A stretch of DNA of 64,000 nt, taken from the NCBI RefSeq assembly GCF_902459465.1, contig NC_047077.1:10416001-10480000 (forward strand), written 5' to 3'. A program made the translations under genes and the position numbers. The notes beneath the pieces are model-generated. The model saw only the letters and a program-made list of their open reading frames with translations, was not told the origin of the DNA and did not search any database. This stretch comes from Asterias rubens (Eukaryota). This document shows positions 56,277 through 64,000 of this stretch, piece by piece; the stretch's first letter is position 1, and every line of letters begins with the position of its first letter.

Positions 56277-56660
56277 AGGAACACGTTGCCTTGGATCGGT
56301 CGAGTTGGTCTTTGAAAAGCGTCCTGTAACCGTTTCTTATAAAATTGATATGGTTAGAAAGATGTTGTAAAAGTAGAATACAATGATCTACACAAATATG
56401 CCTCGAAATTGCGTGGTTTTCGTTTTACCTCGTCGACAAACACGGTCGGCCATTTATGGGAGTCAAAACTTTGACTCCCATAAATGGCCGACCGTGTTAG
56501 TTCGCGATGATAAATGAAAACCGTGCAATTTTGAGTGATACTAATTGTGCGGATCATATTATTCTACTTTTAAAACATCTTTCCAGCATATGCATTTTAT
56601 AACAAACGGTTTAAAACGTTTTTCATAGACCAACTCGTCCGATCCAAGCAACGCGTTCCT
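56277..56660. mobile_element. Kolobok-like MITE family C (foldback)
   Basis: TTAA on both sides; central perfect hairpin of about 28 bp at 56439-56498. Confidence 0.9.
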
Positions 56661-56814
56661 TTAAACAAAATTGTACCTGAATATAATACTTCAAAAGGAA
56701 ATTCCTTTATTGCCAAACAGTTGCAATCTTCACAAAAGTCTCCTGATAGATTTGTTATTTTGTGCATTAAAACAAAATTAAATAAAAAAAAGTGTATTCA
56801 GTGCATCAGTTTAA

Positions 56815-57171
56815 AGGGTCTATGTAACTTTTGTAGGACAAAAAACACAATGTCCACAGATTTACACTAAACTTAAACAGTTTGAAGATAATGATAGTAG
56901 AAAGCTTCCCTGAAAATACTACGTGCTGAGATGCTGTAGTTTTTGGGAAATGAGTAAAACAATGTAATGAAAATAATTTTCGTCTCATGAGACGAAAATT
57001 ATTTTAAGCTTTTACAAACGTGTTTTCATGACATTGTTTTACTCATTTCTCAAAAACTACAGCACCTCAGTATTAAGTAATATTTGAAGGGAAGCTTTCC
57101 ACTATCATTATCTTCAAACCCTGTAAGTTTAATGTAAGTCTATGGACATTTTGAAAAAGTACCCAAATCCT
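56815..57171. mobile_element. Kolobok-like MITE family G, full length
   Basis: TTAA-AGGGTCTATGTA...ACCCAAATCCT-TTAA; central palindrome aataattttcgtctcatgagacgaaaattatt. Confidence 0.88.
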
Positions 57172-58411
57172 TTAAAATCATTGGGCACTCTAGGCCCTAC
57201 ATTAAAGATAAAAGCCTAGATTTTTGCCGGAGTATGTTTTACCTTACATCAGAAAGTGTATAAAAGAGTTGTTTGAAAACGAAAAAAAAAAAAAAATTCC
57301 ATTACAACATGGCCACTGAACAAACTCCATGTAACACACACAACATTGATTGTACAAGGCTGATGGTGGACTCGAGAGAACCCTTAAAAATACTAGCCGT
57401 GTTCCCGCTGGTTTTTGTTCGAAGTTTTCCTGGTTTATTATTTTTTGTTTACCACTGTAGGTCTAATTACCTACCACTTACTTTAAGTGTATCTACAAAA
57501 ATAGCTATTTATAAATCCAATAACAACTTTTAAGGGTCAAAACTATAACTGAAGGTCCGATTTCGGCCGGATTGACCCCACAAAATAAACACAAGCTGAG
57601 TCTAATAGTTAATCATTAACGTGGACTAGTGTTATGCCTGGTGTTGATTACCGTAGTCAAGGCAAAGCCACAACTGCCCCAAGGGGCTTAACATGCATAC
57701 CATATTTGTGTATAATTAAAGAATTAAAATATATTTTGTATGTACTCTTTAAACTAATTAAATCTTAGCAACTATAACGATTAGTTTTTATAATAGTGAT
57801 TAATTGAAGTGCTAGAAATTGAAATAACTATACTGAAAAAAATTGATTGACAATTAACTTCAGATGCAATACAAAAATATACACTGTGATTTTTAAAAAA
57901 AAGTAGGTGATTCTTAAAAATTCAATTAAATTGTAATAATGATTGAAGATCGTATTATCAAACAAGACTTGTGTACAAAACTATGTTTTCCATCCACTCA
58001 AAAATACTCGGTGCACGTGAAATTGGAGATTTATTCGTATCCAGAATATTTATGTTCTTGACATAATTCAAAGCTACGTTAGGTTAACCAACATTCAAAT
58101 GGGCACACTAACTTCAAGATATTATCTCAATTGTGCAGTTGGAATTTCTCCCTGGCGGCCTTTACAAGATTTGTCTTCGCACTAAACACCATAAGGTGTT
58201 GTTCAATTGCAACTTGAAAGTTAATCAACCAGCGGAACACACATTTCGCCATTATGTGGAATAAAAACCGTTAGTTTTATGAAATAGTGGACCGTGTCTG
58301 TCATGAAAGTTAAAAAAAATTAAATTCAGGGGTATTTATACAACTTTGTTTGTTATGGTCCAAAGCGCCCAATCCGAAGGCAATGTTTCCCTTTAAAAGG
58401 CACCGAACACC

Positions 58412-58609
58412 AAAGGCATCTGAAAGCACACACATTTCTACAATAAAAGTGGTTATTTTTTGTTCACTATTCTCTTGCAATTTCGATAACCAATCGAGTA
58501 AAAAAAGAATCACAGAGTTGCTATTTTATGCATTCAATGGGATACACAGTACCAAGTGAGAAAACTGGTCTTTGACAACTTTAATATTAACCAACGTTGT
58601 GCAGTGCCT
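58412..58609. mobile_element. Diverged family A fragment, reverse
   Basis: gcatctgaaagcacac...ctggtctttgacaa...cagtgcct+TTAA. Confidence 0.65.
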
Positions 58610-59095
58610 TTAAACATGCGTTGTCAGCAATGGGTCAAACAATATTATACCACATAACGTTTAGCCTTAAAGCTTCCCACATCAACACACTACTGACTGA
58701 CAATAAATTATCACTAATAAGTTAAAATTTAACTAAGTGTTGCCTCAATTCATTCATTTATTGTAGAGCCCGTCATCACAATACATCAACGCAACCATAG
58801 CAACCACTTCAGTATTTCTTTCATTTTCCGAGAAACTTCTGTTAGCTAGCTATTCAACTCAGCTGCGCGAACACTTGACCCAACAAATACCTACTGTTTA
58901 CATTTCCCATACACTGCAAAGCTACATCATTTTTCAAAAAAAAAAATTCTTGAACTTAAGTTTAATAATGTTTGATTATGCTGACCCACATTTGAGGAGA
59001 ATTTTTTTGATGTTAATTATTTAGTTCAAACAGCGCGTTTTTCCTTTCAACTGTTAGCAACAACCCTGTAGATAAGTAGTGTATTTTTCAATCTT

Positions 59096-59553
59096 GCAGG
59101 ATTTTACACCAAAAATATCTTACTCAAGAAACGGCAATTGATACCCAATAAGCTGTCTCCGTTACAAACTTATATCGCTGGGGAGTAGTTTTAACAAGTA
59201 GGCCGATGAATTCATTTAAAAGGCTACGAAAATGCTATTAAATTTACGGTATTTGTTTGGCAACCATGCTGTCGGGCTACCGTAAATGTACGACCGATAG
59301 CAGTGGTACATGAGCTTGCTACTACTAATCTTTGATTAAACTTTAATTACATGTTTATGCAGGATTTTACACCAAATATTTCAGGAACGGCAATTGATAC
59401 GCAATAAGCTGTCTCCGTAACAAAGTTATGGCTGGGGAGTAATTTTAACAAGTAGGCCGATGAATTCATTTTAAAAAGCTACGAAAATGTTATCAAATGT
59501 TACGGTATTTGTTTGGCAACCAGGATGTCGTGTTACCGTAAATGTACGACCGA
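59096..59553. repeat. Tandem duplication of about 263 bp
   Basis: gcaggattttacacca... at 59096 and 59359, colinear for about 200 bp. Confidence 0.85.
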
Positions 59554-59560
59554 TTGGATT

Positions 59561-59917
59561 GGACACTTAGTGATTTGGCATAAAACCTTTCTTTGTGACG
59601 AGATAATGGGGAGAGGTCGACGGTATAAACCATTGTGAGAAACGGCTCCCTCTAAAGTGCCATAGTTTTCGAGAAAGAGGTAATTTTCCACGAATTTGAT
59701 TTCGAGACCTCAGGTTTAGAACTTGAAGTCTCGAAATCAACCATCTAAACGCACACAACTTCGTGTGTTTTGGGGTGTGTTTTCTTTCATTATTATCTCG
59801 CAACTTTGATGACCGATTGAGCTCAAATTTTCACAGGTTTGTTATTTGTCTGCATATGTTGAGATACACCAACTGTGAAGGCTAGTCTTTGACAATTACC
59901 AATAGTGTCCACTGCCT
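59561..59917. mobile_element. Kolobok-like MITE family A, reverse
   Basis: Ends gtgtccactgcct+TTAA; the left TIR is eroded. Confidence 0.85.
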
Positions 59918-61319
59918 TTAAGTAGGTTGGGCCCTACTACAAATCTTTGATTAAAATCGTTACAAAAGGTGTTCATGTTTTGTGTGATCAACCATGAAAT
60001 AACAGACCTTTGGAATCTTGGGCTTCATCCAAATAGTTATATGAAAAAAATCATGTACGAACAGATTGTAAACACATCATTGTAAATACACGTCCTTAAT
60101 TTCGTTTGAGACAACATAAATCAGCTGTTGCATTGGCTTTCATACACAGTTTTCTCAAACGACTTCATTTCAAAGGGAAATATTTCACAGAAAATGGTCA
60201 TTTTATGGAAATTGATAACCAGTACCCTTCAGACGAAAATTGAACAGTGACAGTTTTGTTAAATTAATCCCACTAGTCCAAGTCCATTTTGAAATGTTGC
60301 TCTTCTCAACTTGGATCCAGCAGGAGAACTTCAAACGGTGATAACATTGCTTAGCGTCCATCTTTCATTCTAGGAAGCTACTTATATGCGCCTGCAGTGT
60401 CCAAAGTGCAATAAGTAGTTCTAAAAGTCTCTGTGACTGGTTTGAATGGTGACTCTACTTCCGCTTCTCTTGGCGGGTGAAACGAGGCGAGAAACGGCAG
60501 GTGCATGCCTGTTCACGCTACAGTCTATTTTGAATCTTCGGACAATGTTGATTTTTTTTTAGCTGTCATCATAGCGATGTGCCCTTCCAGTCCCGGTGGA
60601 TATTATCAGGAAAATCAGAAGGAACCATTGAAAAGTGGCCACAATGTTTTTTTAAGGTTACGTTTCAAGGCACCGTCCTCGTTCCTGGCGATCGACAAGT
60701 TGAAGACTCCACTCTGAGATGGTTGTGTATCTGTATTTGTATCTGCAGGTGGATACTGGAATCAAACTCCGCTAATAGTGGATTGTTACAGGCACACTGT
60801 GGCTAGCAGAAAAATGATGTTAGTTATCAAAGTTAAAGACAACTGAATACAACTGTTTTAAGTGTTGAAGACAGCTGCATCCTTTTGAGTTGCGATTGAA
60901 AGTTCCCTACTGAAGTATCTTCCATGACATCTCTGAAGTGAGTTCTATGCAGCTGTTCTTCTTGGCAGGAAAGAATAGTTACAGCAATCCTTTTTAAGAT
61001 GTAAGGTGGCAACAGATTTTTCTCGCTGAGATTTTGCCCATTTCACGATAAAGTTGTTCTCATTGTTCCTGGCAGGGAATAGTTTGTGTAGCAGTTCTTT
61101 TTAGATACAAGGTGAACCGTAAGGAAATTGAAGATGATTTTCTCGTTAAGATGTTGGTGTTGGTCAAAAGTGGTATCGGTCAACTTCAATTCAATTGTCA
61201 GCTTATGGTTGCCAGTTCTGTTCATAGCCCTCTGGTGGTGTATCCCACTCCATTTGAAGGTTTACAGTGAATGTGTCAGTTCTTATAGGTGATTTTAAAG
61301 GTCAGATTGGTGATTGGTT

Positions 61320-61649
61320 TTAACACCTCGCCATAGACTCACCCGTCCCCACGGCAGTGACTTGCATCTGAGCTTTCTGCTGTGCGATGGAGCAGACCGC
61401 ACAGCAGCTCGCCAGGGCGTCCTTCCCAGTGCTCCCAGGTATGCCGTGTTTCTCCCGTACTTTCCCCCTGGTCTTCAGGACGGCGTACCAGTTCAAGAGA
61501 GGCACGAAGATGGCCAGGCCGCACATGAAGCAACTGTCTCCAACAGCCTCTGCCGTCTTGCCGTGAGCGTAGCACGGCAGGAAGTACGACACGATGCAGA
61601 TACCGCAGTTGCCGAAACAGCCGAACAAGCCTTGTTTCCACTCGCCCAT
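61320..61649 (-). CDS. PLAC8/cornifelin-family cysteine-rich small membrane protein, copy B (109 aa)
   Basis: MGEWKQGLFGCFGNCGICIVSYFLPCYAHGKTAEAVG...TRGKVREKHGIPGSTGKDALASCCAVCSIAQQKAQM...GESMARC is clearly paralogous to copy A. The first true ATG is at 61649; the ORF-track start at 61670 is a TTG. Confidence 0.88.
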   Translation of the reverse strand: MGEWKQGLFGCFGNCGICIVSYFLPCYAHGKTAEAVGDSCFMCGLAIFVPLLNWYAVLKTRGKVREKHGIPGSTGKDALASCCAVCSIAQQKAQMQVTAVGTGESMARC

Positions 61650-62435
61650 TATGATTTGTTGTTGTTTCAAGTGACACTCACTTCTAATAATATGAACAAT
61701 TCCAAGTGACAGTCACTTTTAATATCAACGATCCTTTTCTATTAAACTGAGTTTCGCAGTGTCCAATAATTCCTCTCATCAAGTGACTTTTACAGGGTCG
61801 GTTTTTTATGTTAGATTTTCTGTTGATTTTCTGTTGAAATCAACTAGCAACTGTTGCTAGAAACACAACAACATAACACTCCTAATGACAACGCGCACGC
61901 ATAGGGTCCAATCCATTTATTTACGTAGTTTTAGGGTCAGTTTGGGGTGAACACACGATCTAATTTCCCAGTGCAAACATGACCGGTCCTGTTCAAACAA
62001 ACTGCAAACTTTACCTTCTCGAATGGTCCATAAAAGTATATAATACAAGTATCAATAATTGTTATAGGGCTATTTAGGGGTGGGTGGCTGATGGGAGCAA
62101 AACACCCGTTCCCATGGTGAATTATGTCAGCTGTCACCAAGCAACGGACATCAGTTATCAATCGAGAAACAGTAAACTCATCCATGGCAACAAAAATCGG
62201 CAGGTCGTTGATACGAGTCCCACGCCAAGTCAATGTTCTTTGTTTGATAAAACCATAAGCAACATGTTAATCTTAGACCGATATGTATGGTTTTTTAGGG
62301 TGATTAGATGAAAGCAAATTAATGCAACAACAAAAATGATTGAAGACAGAAGGTGAGGCTACATCTCGTTAAGCATAAATATGTGTTTTTTTATTGGCAG
62401 TGGTTCAGGTGTCACATTCATTTAATGTGCATTAA

Positions 62436-62813
62436 AGGCAGTGGACACTATTGGTAATTACTCAAAATAGTTATTGGCATAAAACCTTTCTTGGTGACGA
62501 GTAATGGGGAGAGGTTAATGGTATAGAACAATGGGAGAAACGGCTCCCTCTGAAGTGCCATAGTTTTCGAGAAAGAAGTCATTTTCCACGAATTTGATTT
62601 CGAGACCTCAGATTTAGAACTTGAGGTCTCGAAATCAACCATCTAAACGCACACAACTTCGTATGACAAGGGTTATTTTTCTTTCATTATTATCTCGCAA
62701 CTTCGATGACCGATTGAGCTCAAAATTTCACAGGTTTGTTATTTTATGCATATGTTGAGGTACACCAACTGTGAAGGCTAGTCTTTGACAATTACCAATA
62801 GTGTCCACTGCCT
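62436..62813. mobile_element. Kolobok-like MITE family A, full length, reverse
   Basis: Perfect TIRs with TTAA at 62432-62435 and 62814-62817. Confidence 0.93.
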
Positions 62814-62817
62814 TTAA

Positions 62818-63328
62818 AGGCAATGGACACGTTTGGTAATTGTCAAAGACCAGCATTCTCATTTGGTATATCACAATGAAATTGTGCGTAAAGTAAGAAA
62901 ACTGAAAATTTTGGCGCAATTGGTCATCGAGGTTGCAAGAAAATAATGAAAAAACACAGGTGTGCAGATTCCCGAGAAAGGTTTAGGTCTGAAGGTTTGC
63001 TCACTTTGAAATACTTGAGTGAGAAATCACCTTTCCCAAACCACGTTACTTCAGAGATGGCCCATATTCTCACCAGCGTGTTTTATATAGGGTGCGTTCG
63101 TTTAGCTTCCCCGGGGCGACCCCGGTGTGTGGCGGTTTGTTTTTCCAGGACGAACGTGTGCAGATAATTACCCACGTTCGTCCTGGGAAAAAAACCCGCC
63201 ACACACCGGGGTCGACCCAGGGAAGCTAAACGAACGCACCCACTATCAACACCTCTCCATTACTCGTTACCGCAAGTGTTTATATGCTTATATATTTTTT
63301 TAGTTATTACCAAACGTTTCCAGAGCCT
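62818..63328. mobile_element. Family A-related MITE with a nested family E palindrome (63090-63241)
   Basis: Starts aggcaatggacacgtttggtaatt directly after the shared TTAA; inner gggtgcgttcgtttagcttcc...ggaagctaaacgaacgcaccc. Confidence 0.8.
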
Positions 63329-63749
63329 TCAATCACACAAGAATGACCAATCAATTAACAATAATGATTACATTATTTTGCATTGGCAGCGTGGTCTTTA
63401 TTACGTCCGTAAATAAATACAAAGTACAGAAATCAACATCTCAAAAAATCACCATTTCCTGAAAATGTAAAATTCTTAATTAATGCTGACTTTTTTGGTA
63501 CAGTAAGTATTATCAAGACAAACGATTAGGTAGGCCTGAGGTAACCTATAACGTTTAAAACTGAACTTTAAAAGTAATAGTTATTTGTAAAATATCAACC
63601 TGCAAAACGTACTATCAAAACTGTGTGTTTCAGTTTGTATATAATACTTTATTTTTATAAATCGGCAAAACATTCCGAACCATTAAAAAATAAAACTCAT
63701 AAAATTAAAAATATCCTCTGATCGGGATTTCTATGAATAATACGGTAAC

Positions 63750-64000
63750 GGTGTCGCATGCAGTTATGTCCTCTATGCAATACTATCCGGAGGACATTAT
63801 ATACATATAGCAATACTGTCCGCCGTGCAAAACCGTCTTTGCAGTAAATTAAACGCCCTGGGTCGACGGAACACGTTCGCTATTTTTTACAAGCTAAGTG
63901 CATGACATGAATGAAATGGTAAATGTACGGCCGATTGATATTCGCTGCAATCATAAAATACTTGAATATTCATGCTGCATATACGTAGGTTCAGTGCATG
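63750..64000. mobile_element. Family J element, truncated by the window end
   Basis: Colinear with 35371-35650. Confidence 0.75.

Overview
AT-rich, intron-containing animal DNA, most likely an echinoderm and probably a sea star (taxon is an inference from the T-brain protein and the deuterostome-type repeats). Five protein-coding genes can be reconstructed by hand with consistent GT-AG junctions and reading phases. They are a 6-exon T-brain (tbr) T-box gene (+, 9131-16705, 747 aa), two tandem SLC20/PiT phosphate-transporter paralogues (+, 19313-28037, 10 coding exons, 540 aa; +, 36225-45986, 11 coding exons, 551 aa), and two tandem single-coding-exon PLAC8/cornifelin-family Cys-rich genes (-, 52338-52676 and 61320-61649). 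The rest is packed with non-autonomous transposons: at least five TTAA/AG..CT Kolobok-like MITE families, CWG-target Harbinger-like MITEs, CACT-type MITEs, Deu-domain and other tRNA-derived SINEs, an L2/CR1 3' fragment, and tandem repeats. Most short ORFs in the track are repeat artefacts. I found no prokaryote-style novel system, CRISPR array, rRNA or true tRNA. The strongest leads are: (i) both SLC20 paralogues have Asn in place of the Glu (human PiT2 E575) that is required for transport; (ii) a MITE end is amplified into a 9 x 64-bp array with higher-order structure; (iii) MITEs are stacked through shared target sites, and one filled/empty site pair lies within the window; (iv) the Tbr T-box has unusual residues, and there are candidate regulatory elements around tbr. 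All coordinates were counted by hand and may be off by a few bases.
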